Assembly (NCBI GenBank): GCA_965648935.1
Contig: CBFGIY010000028.1
Coordinates: 1-27,698 of the forward strand
DNA: 27,698 nucleotides
Direction: 5' to 3'
Source: a candidate division WOR-3 bacterium
GTDB taxonomy: Bacteria > Hydrothermota > Tepidihabitantia > Tepidihabitantales > Tepidihabitantaceae
In this document: in pieces, positions 9,076-19,879 of the stretch
Numbering within the stretch: position 1 is the stretch's first letter
Layout of the letters: each line of letters opens with the position of its first letter
Program-made: the position numbers and the translations under genes
Notes under the pieces: generated by a model
Seen by the model: the letters and a program-made list of their open reading frames with translations, nothing else
Database searches by the model: none
What the model was told of the DNA's origin: nothing

Positions 9076-12000
9076 ATGCTTTCTCGTCTTGCCGTCGTAG
9101 CGGCGCTGGTGCTGTGTTCGGTTGCCGGGGCGCAGGTTGATACGCTCTGGGTACGGCATCACCAGCACGCCGTTAGCTTTCCCAGCCAGTACATGTCAAC
9201 AGCAACAACCAGTGCCGTGTTCGACGCGGCAGGCAACGTCCACATCTGCGCCTACGGCCAGTACGCCGCGCCCGGGTTCGACGCGATAGTGGTGAAGTAT
9301 GCCGCGGACGGCAACTTGGCTTGGTCGGCCGGTCTGGACCTGGGCGGCTCCGAGTACGCCTACGCCATCGCTCTTGGCCCGGACGGCGGCGTGTATGTCA
9401 CGGGGACGAGCTACTCGACCGCCGGCGGTTCCGACCTTTTTGTCGCGAAGTGGGCGGCCGACGGCGCCGCGGCGTGGAACCGGCGGATTCAGGGCGACAG
9501 TGTCGGCGGCAACAACATCGGCTCGGCAATCACGGTCGTGGGCAGCCGAGTCTACGTGGCGGGAAGCGTGACCAACCAGGGTTCGGGCAGCGACTTCGCG
9601 GTGATCCAGCTTGATGCCGCGACCGGCATGCCGAACTGGCTGAGGAGCGTTTCCCGTTCATCACAGCCGTCGAGCTACGAGGCTGCCTACGGCATTGTTG
9701 CGGACGGAGAGGATGTCTATGTCTGCGGCCAGACCCATACCGGTTTGAGCGCGTTCGACGCCACGGTGCTCAGGATGGACTCGACCGGCGCGACTGTCTG
9801 GCAGCGCAACTGGCCGTCGAGCGGCAGCGGCAACGAGCACCTGCGCCGGCTGGCAGTGTGCAACGGCCGGGTTGTCGCGGTGGGACACCGGTCAGCTGGG
9901 GCCAGTTTCGACGCGCTGACGCTGTCATACACTACTGGCGGCAGCCTGCAGTGGTCGGCGACATTCAACGGGCCGGGCTCCGGCACGGACCAGGCCTACG
10001 ACGTGAAGATTGACGGGGCCGGCAACGCCGTTGTCTGCGGGGTCAGCCTTGGCTCAGCTTCGAGCGACATCATGACACTGAAGTACAGCCCGACCGGGAC
10101 CAATATGTGGGCGCGGCTGTACGATGCCGGCGGGTCGGCGGACGCGGGATATTCGGTAGCGCTGGACGGGGCTGGCAACATCGTCGTCGGCGGGTATCTG
10201 AGCGGCGGCAGCGGCCGCTACCTCCTGGGCGTGGTGAAGTACAGCCCGGCCGGGGACCAGGGCTGGGTCTATGCGTTCAGCCCGGCCGGCTCGAACGGAT
10301 TCAACACCGCAGCCGCAGTCCACGCGCTGGGCGAGGACGTGCTGGTTGCCGGCTACACGCATTGGGGCTACCCGAACTACACGGACCCGACCGCGCTGCG
10401 GTTGCGCGAGATTCCCGATGTCGGGGTGGCCGCGATCCTGGCACCGACCGGCACGGTTCTGCCCGGCGCTGTGGTCGCGCCGGTGGTCCGGGTGCGCAAC
10501 TACAGCCTGAGGCCGGCGAGCTGCGGCTGCCGCATGACCATCGGCGAGGGCTACACGGCCGACACGGCGCTCTCGCTCGCCCCAGGCGAAACCCTGACCG
10601 TCACGTTCCCGAACTGGACCGCGGGCGACTATGGCACCGTGCTGGTCAAGTGCTCGACGATGGCGAGCTTCGACTTCGACCGCGGCAATGACCGCGCCCT
10701 GGGTCTGGTCTATGTGAGCGGGCCGGCCCGCGACGTGGCGCTGCAGTCGATCGAGGTGCCGGCCGGCAACATCGCCTATCAGTCGACGGTCGTGCCTGCG
10801 GCGCGCTGGCGCAATCGCGGCGCCAGCCCGGCGGACTGCTCGGTCTACTGCCGGATAGAGCGCGCCGGGGTGCCGGTCTATGAGCAGGCCAGGTTTCTGG
10901 CCGCGCTGCCGGCCAACGGGCTGGACACGCTGATACGCTTCGCCCCGTGGCTTGCGGCGCAGCCGGGCTATTACACCGTGCGCTGTTCCACGGCCGCAAC
11001 CGGGGACAGCGTCCGGAGCAATGACGTGCTGTGTTTCGTGTTCGGCGTCGTGAACGAGCCGATCGGGGTCTGGACCCTGATGCCCGACGTGCCGCCGGGC
11101 GAGGCCGGGCGGCCGATGGCCAAGGGCGGAGCGGTCTGCGCCGATGCTCAGCGGGTTTATGCCATCAAGGGCAACAAGACCAGGGATGCCTGCAGCTACG
11201 ACGCGTCGGCCGGGACTTGGCAGACGCTTCCGCCGATCCCGGACGGCGCGTACGGCCGGCCGGTGTCCAAGGGCGGTGCTGCGGCAGCGGATGGCAACGG
11301 CCGCGTATACATGACCAAGGGCAACCGGACATTCGAGTTCTACAGGTTCGACCCGGTGGTGGGCTGGACCGAGCTTGCGTCGGTGCCGTCCGGCCCGCGC
11401 AACAAGCCGCCGGCCGGGGGTACAGCAATGGCGCATCTGGTTGTCAACGACACCGGGTGGGTGTACCTGCTCAAGGGCAACTCCACTGCCGAGTTCTTTC
11501 GCTACAACACGGTGCGAGATTCATGGGAAGCGCTGGCCGATGCGCCGGCCGGCCTGAGCGGCAAGCTGAAGTACAAGGACGGCAGCGCGCTGGCCGCGCA
11601 GGGCGACAGCCTGGTATGGTGCCTGAAGGGCAACTTCAACGAGGTGTTCCGGTTCGACACGCGCAGCAGTCTGTGGCTGGAGGGGCAGAGCATTGTGCCG
11701 TTCGCCGGCGAGTCCGGCCGCAGGAAGAAGGTGAAGAACGGCGGCGGGATGGTGATGGGCGGTGGCCGACTGGTCGTGCTCAAGGGCGGCGGCACCTGTG
11801 AGTTCTGGCGGCTTGAAGGCGCTGACTCGACATGGCGCGAGTTCCCGGCAGTTCCGAGCGGGATGTCGAACCGCCGCGTGAAGGACGGCGGCGGCGTGGG
11901 CTATGCCGGCGACGCCTTCTATGTGCTCAAGGGCGCCAAGACGAACGAGATGTGGCGGTTCCGGCTGAACGCCGAGTATGGCGGGCCCCAGACCGGTTCG

Positions 12001-12273
12001 GTCGTGCCGTCGAGCAGGATAGCGCCGTTCGAGGCGTGGCCCAGCCTGCTGCGTCCGGGCCAGCGGCTGTCGCTGCATGCGGCCACGCGGTCGGCATCGG
12101 TGCGGGTTGAACTTGTTGACGCAGCAGGGAGGCTCAGGCACAGCGCATCGGGAATCACCGACAGGTCAGGTCGTCTGGAACTTACGATGCCGGCAATCGA
12201 ACCCGGCGTCTACTTTGTGCGCCTGTCTGATATGTTGACCGAGAACAGGGTCAAGATTCTGGTCTGTCGATAG
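9076..12273 (+). CDS. Large secreted protein: SBBP-like propeller, two CARDB/Ig-like modules, Kelch-like propeller, T9SS type A sorting domain (ATG 9076)
   Basis: SD GGGAGG; signal peptide ending AGA-Q; repeats such as AYAIALGPDGGVYVTG; DVGVAAILAP and DVALQSIEVP modules; six KGxxTxEF-type blades; ELVDAAGR...PGVYFVRL...VKILVCR tail. Confidence 0.85.
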   Translation: MLSRLAVVAALVLCSVAGAQVDTLWVRHHQHAVSFPSQYMSTATTSAVFDAAGNVHICAYGQYAAPGFDAIVVKYAADGNLAWSAGLDLGGSEYAYAIALGPDGGVYVTGTSYSTAGGSDLFVAKWAADGAAAWNRRIQGDSVGGNNIGSAITVVGSRVYVAGSVTNQGSGSDFAVIQLDAATGMPNWLRSVSRSSQPSSYEAAYGIVADGEDVYVCGQTHTGLSAFDATVLRMDSTGATVWQRNWPSSGSGNEHLRRLAVCNGRVVAVGHRSAGASFDALTLSYTTGGSLQWSATFNGPGSGTDQAYDVKIDGAGNAVVCGVSLGSASSDIMTLKYSPTGTNMWARLYDAGGSADAGYSVALDGAGNIVVGGYLSGGSGRYLLGVVKYSPAGDQGWVYAFSPAGSNGFNTAAAVHALGEDVLVAGYTHWGYPNYTDPTALRLREIPDVGVAAILAPTGTVLPGAVVAPVVRVRNYSLRPASCGCRMTIGEGYTADTALSLAPGETLTVTFPNWTAGDYGTVLVKCSTMASFDFDRGNDRALGLVYVSGPARDVALQSIEVPAGNIAYQSTVVPAARWRNRGASPADCSVYCRIERAGVPVYEQARFLAALPANGLDTLIRFAPWLAAQPGYYTVRCSTAATGDSVRSNDVLCFVFGVVNEPIGVWTLMPDVPPGEAGRPMAKGGAVCADAQRVYAIKGNKTRDACSYDASAGTWQTLPPIPDGAYGRPVSKGGAAAADGNGRVYMTKGNRTFEFYRFDPVVGWTELASVPSGPRNKPPAGGTAMAHLVVNDTGWVYLLKGNSTAEFFRYNTVRDSWEALADAPAGLSGKLKYKDGSALAAQGDSLVWCLKGNFNEVFRFDTRSSLWLEGQSIVPFAGESGRRKKVKNGGGMVMGGGRLVVLKGGGTCEFWRLEGADSTWREFPAVPSGMSNRRVKDGGGVGYAGDAFYVLKGAKTNEMWRFRLNAEYGGPQTGSVVPSSRIAPFEAWPSLLRPGQRLSLHAATRSASVRVELVDAAGRLRHSASGITDRSGRLELTMPAIEPGVYFVRLSDMLTENRVKILVCR

Positions 12274-12287
12274 GCCAGACGCTCTGC

Positions 12288-12329
12288 GGCGGCCCGGGGC
12301 TCAGCCACACAGGCGACCCCCGGGCCGCC
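12288..12329 (+). terminator. 3' stem-loop after T9SS cargo 2 (no U-tract)
   Basis: 12-bp stem ggcggcccgggg/ccccgggccgcc with 18-nt loop. Confidence 0.5.
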
Positions 12330-12418
12330 TGTCGTCAATGCGGTTCATCTGTTTTGAAATCAGCGCTTAACCTATTGTCCGGCCGGGTGATGCGCGTGCA
12401 AGTTCGCCGATGCGGAAG

Positions 12419-12473
12419 TTGACAACGGGCCGTTTTCTGCTATGCTGAGTCACAGAGATATCGTTCTTTGATA
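12419..12473 (+). promoter_or_regulatory. rRNA promoter and boxA-like antitermination element
   Basis: TTGACA (12419-12424), 16 bp ending TGc, TATGCT (12441-12446); cgttctttgata (12462-12473) resembles rrn boxA. Confidence 0.8.
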
Positions 12474-12532
12474 ATTCGGATGTAACCCAAAGCGTGCTCG
12501 GACTGTGCCAAATCTTTACCCTTAAAGTCAGT

Positions 12533-14076
<1,544 letters not shown>

Positions 14077-14129
14077 CTACGAGCTTCGCACGGTCCGAGC
14101 ACGCTTTTTAGTTACATCGCGGAGAGAAT

Positions 14130-14156
14130 GAAGGCCTGCAGGCCTTCTTTCTTTTT
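14130..14156 (+). terminator. Intrinsic terminator closing the 16S transcript
   Basis: gaaggcc-tgca-ggccttc (14130-14147) followed by tttcttttt. Confidence 0.88.
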
Positions 14157-14170
14157 GGCCGGTTGCGGCG

Positions 14171-14800
14171 TCAGGAACGCCGCAGCAGCGCGAAGCGGCG
14201 CGGAATGCCGGTTATCGGCAGCTCAACTGCGTCAATGCGCTCGAGGGTGAGTCCGGCCCGCCTGACGGCCTTCTCAGCGTGCAGCAGCTCGGTGACCGAT
14301 TCGGCGGTCTTGTAGAGAACGACCGTTCCGCCCGGGCGGCAGTGGCGGCCGCACCAGCCAAGCGCGTCGGCGACCGGTCCGGTCTGGCGGCCGAGCACGA
14401 CGTCGCACTCCAGGGGCGCGAGCTCCTCAGCGCGTGTGACAGCGATGCGAACCGCGTCCAGCGCCAGCGCGTCGGCCGCGGCGCGCAGGAAGAGCGACTT
14501 CTTGTACGACGACTCGACCAGGGTGAATTCGAGGCCGGGACGGCACAGCGCCAGAGGGATTCCGGGCAGGCCGGCGCCCGACCCGATGTCGGCCGCCTTG
14601 CCTCGGTCCGGCAGGTAGCGCATCGCGGCCAGCGAGTCGATAAGGTGGTAGGATACGAGCCGTCCGGTGTCGCGGCGCGACACGAGGTTTATGCGGGCGT
14701 TCCATTCCTTGACCAGGGTGACGTAGGCGAGCAGGCGCAGAACCGTCTCGCCGTCCAGCGCGAGGCCGAGCGCGGCCGCGGCCGATTCGAGCGCGGCGAC
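14171..14800 (-). CDS. rsmG: 16S rRNA m7G527 methyltransferase RsmG/GidB (start uncertain)
   Basis: LVKEWNARINLVS, HLIDSL, ADIGSGAGLPGIPLA, TLVESSYKKSLFL, RAEE. No ATG/GTG/TTG at the homology boundary; 14800 is a GTC codon. Confidence 0.88.
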   Translation of the reverse strand, partial: VAALESAAAALGLALDGETVLRLLAYVTLVKEWNARINLVSRRDTGRLVSYHLIDSLAAMRYLPDRGKAADIGSGAGLPGIPLALCRPGLEFTLVESSYKKSLFLRAAADALALDAVRIAVTRAEELAPLECDVVLGRQTGPVADALGWCGRHCRPGGTVVLYKTAESVTELLHAEKAVRRAGLTLERIDAVELPITGIPRRFALLRRS

Positions 14801-14807
14801 CGCCGCC

Positions 14808-15770
14808 TCAGGCGGAGCCGGGCTCTGGCCGGTCGCCGATGTAGATGTTGGTTTCGAGATAGGGGTGGTAGTCGGTCCATTTGACGCCCTGGTTTCGGTC
14901 CACCGCATCGCGGAACATCGCAATCCGGGCGTCGAGGTTGTCGAGGAAGTGAACGGCCAGCGCCTCGGCGAACTTGGGCGTCTTGGGCGAGCCGAATTCC
15001 ATCTGGCCGTGGTGTGACACGATGATGTGCAGCAGCATCCGGGCCAGTTCGTCCGGGAAGCCGGGCAGGCGCGCGATGCGTTCGCGCACCATGTCGTGGC
15101 CAATGACGATGTGGCCGATGAGGCGTCCATCCCAGGTGTGGTCGATGGCTGCGTCATAGACGTACTCGGCGGTCTTGCCGATGTCGTGGAGGATGATGCC
15201 CGCCATGAGCAGGTCGGCATTGAGCTCGCGGTAGATGCCGGGCAGGGCCGCGGCCATCCGGCACATCAGCACGGTGTGCTCGAGCAGTCCGCCGAGGTAG
15301 GCGTGATGGACATTGGCCGCGGCCGGCGACTCGGCAAACCGGCCGACAAAGGCATCGTCTCCGAAGAACGAGTCGAGCAGGCCGCGCAGGTGCCGGTCGT
15401 TGATGCCGGCGATGAAGCCGTGCAGCTCTTTCATCAGCTCGTCTCGGCCGTAGCGCGTCGTGGCGATGAAGTCCTCGCGGACGATTTCCTCGGGCGCGGC
15501 CGGGTAGATCGCGGCGACGGTGATCTGGGGTCGGCCCTGGAACTCGCCCAGGCGTCCCTGGACGTGGTAGAACCCGCCCGGTTCGACGCAGCGGAGCGCG
15601 TCGTCGATCCGGTCCCACATTATGGCGCTGACCGAGCCGGTGCGGTCGCGCAGTTCGAATGTGAGGAAAGGGCCGCCGTCCCGCCGCTCCTTCACGTCGC
15701 GGCGCGAGCAGTAGAGGATGGTGTCGACGTTGACGCCGGCCTTCAGATCGCGCAGGTACTGGCGCTTCAT
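14808..15770 (-). CDS. yhaM: OB-fold plus HD-domain 3'-5' exoribonuclease, YhaM/Cbf1-like (ATG 15770)
   Basis: FLTFELRDRTGSVSAIMW, PAAANVHHAYLGGLLEHT, ILHDIGK, LIGHI, HIIVSHHG.MEFGSP, EA..VHFLDNLDA. Confidence 0.88.
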   Translation of the reverse strand: MKRQYLRDLKAGVNVDTILYCSRRDVKERRDGGPFLTFELRDRTGSVSAIMWDRIDDALRCVEPGGFYHVQGRLGEFQGRPQITVAAIYPAAPEEIVREDFIATTRYGRDELMKELHGFIAGINDRHLRGLLDSFFGDDAFVGRFAESPAAANVHHAYLGGLLEHTVLMCRMAAALPGIYRELNADLLMAGIILHDIGKTAEYVYDAAIDHTWDGRLIGHIVIGHDMVRERIARLPGFPDELARMLLHIIVSHHGQMEFGSPKTPKFAEALAVHFLDNLDARIAMFRDAVDRNQGVKWTDYHPYLETNIYIGDRPEPGSA

Positions 15771-15786
15771 CGAAACAGCGCCTGCG

Positions 15787-16686
15787 CTATAGGCTGAAGG
15801 CGAGCGACACCCGGTGGGCGATGCCGACGGGCAGCATCGGCGTGAAACCGTAGTCCAGCTGGAAGCCCTGGTAGTTGACCCCGAGCCCGGCGCAGATGCC
15901 GGCCAGGATGTCGGTGCTGCCACCGGTCTGGAGGTCGATGCCGAGGCTGGAGTAGCCGCCGCGCAGGGCGAGGTGCTCGCCGATCCATCCCTCGATGCCC
16001 AGTCCGAAGTTGACCCGGTTGTCGATCGGCTTGTGCACGTCCGCGGCGAGTGCGAGCGAGCGCGACGGGCGGAAGCTCAGGCCGGCACCGATGTCCAGCG
16101 GCAGCGGGTCGCGGCTCGACCGGTAGGGCTTGAGTTCGTAGCCGGCGTTGCGCACCGACACGCCGGCGGAGAGCCCGTCGAGCGGCAGCCTGATTACCGC
16201 GCCGGCATTCAAGGCCAGGCCAATGGAGAAGAAAGTGTCGATGGAGCCGTAGAGCCCCTGGAGCGCGGCGCCGGCGGAGATGTCGCCGCCGAGGTCGAGC
16301 GCGCCGCTGACGTTGAGCGCCGTGAACGAGGCGCCGAAGGTGCCCAGCTGCTCGCCGAACTCGTTGGTGCGCTTCATCGTGCCCGAGGTGGTGAAGGCCA
16401 CACCGAGGCCGAGTCCGAAGTCGTTGCCGACCGGCCGGTTGTAGGCCAGGGCGCCGGCATGGATGCCGGCGACATGGCCGGCGTAGCTGACCTGGGCGCG
16501 CTGCCCGGTCGCGCGCGCGTGGGCCGGGCTGAACCAGAACGACATCGGGCCGTCGCCCGAGCCGATGCCCGTGCCCCCGAGCGCGGCCTCGCGGGCCGTC
16601 GGCGTTATGCGCAGGAAGTCGAAACCGGCGGTTCCGGCGGCGGGGTCGACAGCGACAAGGGCAAGTGTCATCAACATCGCCAGCAT
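15787..16686 (-). CDS. PorV/PorQ-family (UPF0164-like) outer-membrane beta-barrel
   Basis: Short signal peptide, GFDFLRITPTAREAALGG, WFSPA (NPA-like), alternating beta-strands, GIEG...LALRGGY, HRVSLAFSL end. Confidence 0.8.
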   Translation of the reverse strand: MLAMLMTLALVAVDPAAGTAGFDFLRITPTAREAALGGTGIGSGDGPMSFWFSPAHARATGQRAQVSYAGHVAGIHAGALAYNRPVGNDFGLGLGVAFTTSGTMKRTNEFGEQLGTFGASFTALNVSGALDLGGDISAGAALQGLYGSIDTFFSIGLALNAGAVIRLPLDGLSAGVSVRNAGYELKPYRSSRDPLPLDIGAGLSFRPSRSLALAADVHKPIDNRVNFGLGIEGWIGEHLALRGGYSSLGIDLQTGGSTDILAGICAGLGVNYQGFQLDYGFTPMLPVGIAHRVSLAFSL

Positions 16687-16694
16687 AGCACACT

Positions 16695-16774
16695 AAGCTA
16701 GTTCGGTCAGGGCACGCTGTCAAGCAGGGCCGGTCGCGGCCAAGTGTTGACACCCCCAAGAGCAATCCTAGAAT
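16695..16774. promoter_or_regulatory. Back-to-back divergent promoters for the porV-like operon and yebC-ruvCAB
   Basis: Minus: TTGACA (16723-16718), 17 bp, TAGCTT (16700-16695), 8 nt, ATG. Plus: TTGACA (16747-16752), 16 bp, TAGAAT (16769-16774). Confidence 0.75.
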
Positions 16775-16875
16775 GGAGTCGGCGACGGCCGACCCGATGC
16801 AGCCTCGTGGGACCCGGCGAGCCACACCGACAATCGACAGCCCGGGGCCCGGCTCCGGTTTACAGGAGGACTGGT

Positions 16876-17634
16876 ATGTCTGGACATTCTAAATGGTCGA
16901 CCATCAAGCACAAGAAGGGCAAGCTCGACGCGGCCCGGGGCAAGGCCTTCTCCAAGCTGCTGCGGGAAATCACGACCGCGGCGCGCATCGGCGGCGGCGA
17001 CGTGAACGGCAATCCGCGGCTGCGCACGGCGGTCGAGTCCGCCCGGGCGATCAACATGCCGTCGGACAACATCGAGCGCGCCATCAAGAAGGGCACGGGC
17101 GAGCTGCCGGGCGTGTCCTACGAGGAAGTGATGTACGAGGGCTATGGCCCGGGTGGCGTCGCGATGATGGTCAAGGCGCTGACCGACAACAAGAACCGCA
17201 GCACGGCCGAGATACGGCACGTCTTCGACAAGTACAACGGCAGCATGGGCGCGGCCGGGTGCGTGGCCTGGCAGTTCAAGCCGAACGGCGTGATCGTGAT
17301 TCCGGCCGACAAGGCGGAAGAGGACCAGGTGCTGTCGGTCGCGCTCGAGGCCGGCGCCGACGACGTCCAGACCGATTCGAGCGGCTTCACCGTGATCGCA
17401 CCGATTGACAAGTTCGAAGAGGTCAAGCGACAGCTCAAGGCGGCGGGTATCGAGTGGGCGAGCGCCGAGATGACGATGCTCGCGGCCAACACGGTTTCGG
17501 TCAGCGAGCAAGACGCGCCCAAGGTGCTCAAGCTGGTGGAGATGCTCGAGGACCTCGAAGAGGTCCAGCAGGTTTACTCGAACTTCGACATCGCCGACGA
17601 AGTGCTCGAGCGGCTTTCCAACGCACAGGCCTAG
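16876..17634 (+). CDS. yebC: YebC/PmpR family protein (ATG 16876)
   Basis: MSGHSKWSTIKHKKG, NPRLR, YEGYGPGG, LTDNKNR, VQQVYSNF; SD AGGAGG. Confidence 0.96.
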   Translation: MSGHSKWSTIKHKKGKLDAARGKAFSKLLREITTAARIGGGDVNGNPRLRTAVESARAINMPSDNIERAIKKGTGELPGVSYEEVMYEGYGPGGVAMMVKALTDNKNRSTAEIRHVFDKYNGSMGAAGCVAWQFKPNGVIVIPADKAEEDQVLSVALEAGADDVQTDSSGFTVIAPIDKFEEVKRQLKAAGIEWASAEMTMLAANTVSVSEQDAPKVLKLVEMLEDLEEVQQVYSNFDIADEVLERLSNAQA

Positions 17635-18117
17635 TTGCGCATAATCGGCATCGACCCCGGGCTGGGAGCGACCGGCTACGGCGTGGTCGATGACGGGGCC
17701 GCCACCGATTACGGCGTCATCAGCACTCCAACCGACCTGCCCCTGACCGAGCGCCTGCGCGCTCTGGGCGGCGAACTGGACGCCGTGCTTGAGCGCACCC
17801 GGCCCGGGCTGTGCGCCCTCGAAACGCTGTTTTTCAAGGCAGTCGGTGCGCGCAGCGTCATCCGTTCGGCCGAGTCGCGGGGCGCGATTCTTTACGTTCT
17901 CGGATGCCGCGGCATCCCGGTGCAGGAACTGACCCCGGCGACGATAAAACTGGCCCTGACCGGCAGCGGCCGGGCTTCCAAGACCCAGATGAACTACATG
18001 GCCAAGGCTCTGCTCAAGCTTGACCAGCGCGTGCCTGAGCACGCCGCGGACGCCCTGGCCGCAGCCTGGTGCCTGTCCCGCCGCGTCACGGGCCGAGCCG
18101 CGGCAATGGCGCGATGA
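17635..18117 (+). CDS. ruvC: Holliday junction resolvase RuvC
   Basis: TTG start abutting the yebC stop; IIGIDPG, ALETLF, IKLALTGSGRASK, HAADALA. Confidence 0.94.
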   Translation: MRIIGIDPGLGATGYGVVDDGAATDYGVISTPTDLPLTERLRALGGELDAVLERTRPGLCALETLFFKAVGARSVIRSAESRGAILYVLGCRGIPVQELTPATIKLALTGSGRASKTQMNYMAKALLKLDQRVPEHAADALAAAWCLSRRVTGRAAAMAR

Positions 18118-18671
18118 TCAGCCGGCTGCGCGGAACCCTTGTCGATAAGGACCCGACGCGCGTGGTGCTGGACTGCGGCGGGGTCGGATACGAGCTGCGG
18201 GTGCCGCTGTCGACTTCGGCTGCTCTGGGCGAGACCGGCGCTGAGGCAACGCTGCTGGTGGAGATGACGGTCGGCCGCAATGGCGTTGCCCTGTTCGGTT
18301 TCGGCACCGAACCTGAGCGTGAGATGTTCCGTCTGCTGACATCGGTGCAGGGCATCGGCCCCAAGGCCGGGCTGAACCTGCTCTCCCGACTTGACCCCGG
18401 CGAGATCAAGGGGATCATCGCGGCCGGGCGGGTCGAGGTGTTGCGGTCAGTCCCCGGCATCGGCGCGAAGCGCGCCGACAGCATTCTGAAGAAGCTGCAG
18501 ACCGCGCTGCCCGCCACCCCGGCCGCATCGCCGCTGCTGGCCGATGCCGAGTCAGCGCTTGTCTCGTTGGGCCTGACGCGCAAGGAGGCCCGGGAGCGGC
18601 TGGCGCGGGTCAAACCCGTGCCTGAAACGCTGGCCGACCTGCTGCGGGAGGCCCTGAACCAGGCCGGTTAG
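18114..18671 (+). CDS. ruvA: Holliday junction branch migration protein RuvA (ATG 18114)
   Basis: ATGA overlap with ruvC; MISRLRG, GGVGYE, LFGF, VQGIGPK, VPGIGAK, ALVSLG. Confidence 0.95.
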   Translation: MISRLRGTLVDKDPTRVVLDCGGVGYELRVPLSTSAALGETGAEATLLVEMTVGRNGVALFGFGTEPEREMFRLLTSVQGIGPKAGLNLLSRLDPGEIKGIIAAGRVEVLRSVPGIGAKRADSILKKLQTALPATPAASPLLADAESALVSLGLTRKEARERLARVKPVPETLADLLREALNQAG

Positions 18672-18673
18672 GC

Positions 18674-19699
18674 ATGGCTGGCGAACGGCTCTCCTCGCCC
18701 CAGCGGCTCGCCGGAGAAGACCAGCTTGATGCCGAGATAAGGCCGCGCCGGCTGGCCGACTTCATCGGCCAGCAGCGTCTCAAGGACAATCTCAAGGTCT
18801 TCATCGAGGCCGCGCGGATGCGACAGGAGCCCCTTGAACACATCCTGTTTTCGGGGCCGCCCGGCCTCGGGAAGACGACTCTGGCCAACATCATCGCCGG
18901 CGAGATGGGCGTCTCCATCAGGACGAGTTCGGGACCGGTGCTCGAGCGCGCGGCCGACCTCGCGGGGGTGCTGACCGGGCTTTCCCAGGGCGACGTGTTC
19001 TTCATCGACGAGATCCATCGGACCAACAAGACGGTCGAGGAGTACCTCTACCCGGCGATGGAGGACTTCTCGCTCGACGTCCTGATTGACCGCGGACCCG
19101 GGGCGAGATCCGAGAAGATACCATTGAAGGTGTTCACCCTCGTCGGCGCAACGACCCGGTCAGGGCTGCTGACCGCGCCGCTGCGGTCGCGGTTCGGCAT
19201 CACGATGCGGCTTGACTACTACCCATCCGGCGAATTGCTGCTGATTGTCCAGCGGGCAGCACGGATACTGGGCATAGCCATCGAAGACGAGGGTGCCGAG
19301 GAGATAGCCACTCGTTCGCGCGGCACGCCACGCATCGCCAACCGGCTGCTCAGGCGCGTACGCGACTTTGCCCAAGTCCACGGCAAGGAACGACTGGACA
19401 AGGAGATAGCCCAGTTCGCCCTTGCCCGGCTCGACGTTGATGGACGCGGTCTGGACGATATGGACAAGAAGATCCTGCTTACCATCGTGGACAAGTTTGG
19501 TGGGGGACCGGTGGGCCTCGGGTCGCTCTCGGCTGCGGTAGGCGAGGACGCCGGCACCATCGAGGAAGTCTACGAGCCGTTTCTTGTTCAGGAGGGCTTC
19601 ATCCAGAGAACCCCCCGGGGTAGAGTTGCTACCCCATTGACTTTCAGTCACTTACAGAGAAAGCGGCGAACCAGCCCACAGGCCGAACTCGATATCTAG
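18674..19699 (+). CDS. ruvB: Holliday junction helicase RuvB
   Basis: [54 protein letters not shown]. Confidence 0.98.
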   Translation: MAGERLSSPQRLAGEDQLDAEIRPRRLADFIGQQRLKDNLKVFIEAARMRQEPLEHILFSGPPGLGKTTLANIIAGEMGVSIRTSSGPVLERAADLAGVLTGLSQGDVFFIDEIHRTNKTVEEYLYPAMEDFSLDVLIDRGPGARSEKIPLKVFTLVGATTRSGLLTAPLRSRFGITMRLDYYPSGELLLIVQRAARILGIAIEDEGAEEIATRSRGTPRIANRLLRRVRDFAQVHGKERLDKEIAQFALARLDVDGRGLDDMDKKILLTIVDKFGGGPVGLGSLSAAVGEDAGTIEEVYEPFLVQEGFIQRTPRGRVATPLTFSHLQRKRRTSPQAELDI

Positions 19700-19844
19700 A
19701 CTTCCGGTGCGACAGTAGCGGGAGTGCTGTTTCTGTTGTCTAAAGTGAATGCAATCAAATACTTAAGCCCTAGAGCCCGCTGGGGTTCATTCTGCCGAGT
19801 CAGCGGGGTTCTAGCCGACATGCGGCTGCGGGCGATGTGTGAAC

Positions 19845-19873
19845 TTGACAGGCTGATTCGCATCGGGCAACAT
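19845..19873 (+). promoter_or_regulatory. Probable leaderless promoter of the 3D-domain gene
   Basis: TTGACA (19845-19850), 17 bp, CAACAT (19868-19873, weak -10), 6 nt, ATG; no SD. Confidence 0.5.
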
Positions 19874-19879
19874 TATCGT

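Noticed and set aside
14811..15220. ORF-track 349-aa version of RsmG
   Set aside because: The extra N-terminus is the +1 frame of yhaM and is Ser/Thr/Arg-rich with no RsmG similarity; the junction is treated separately as a finding.
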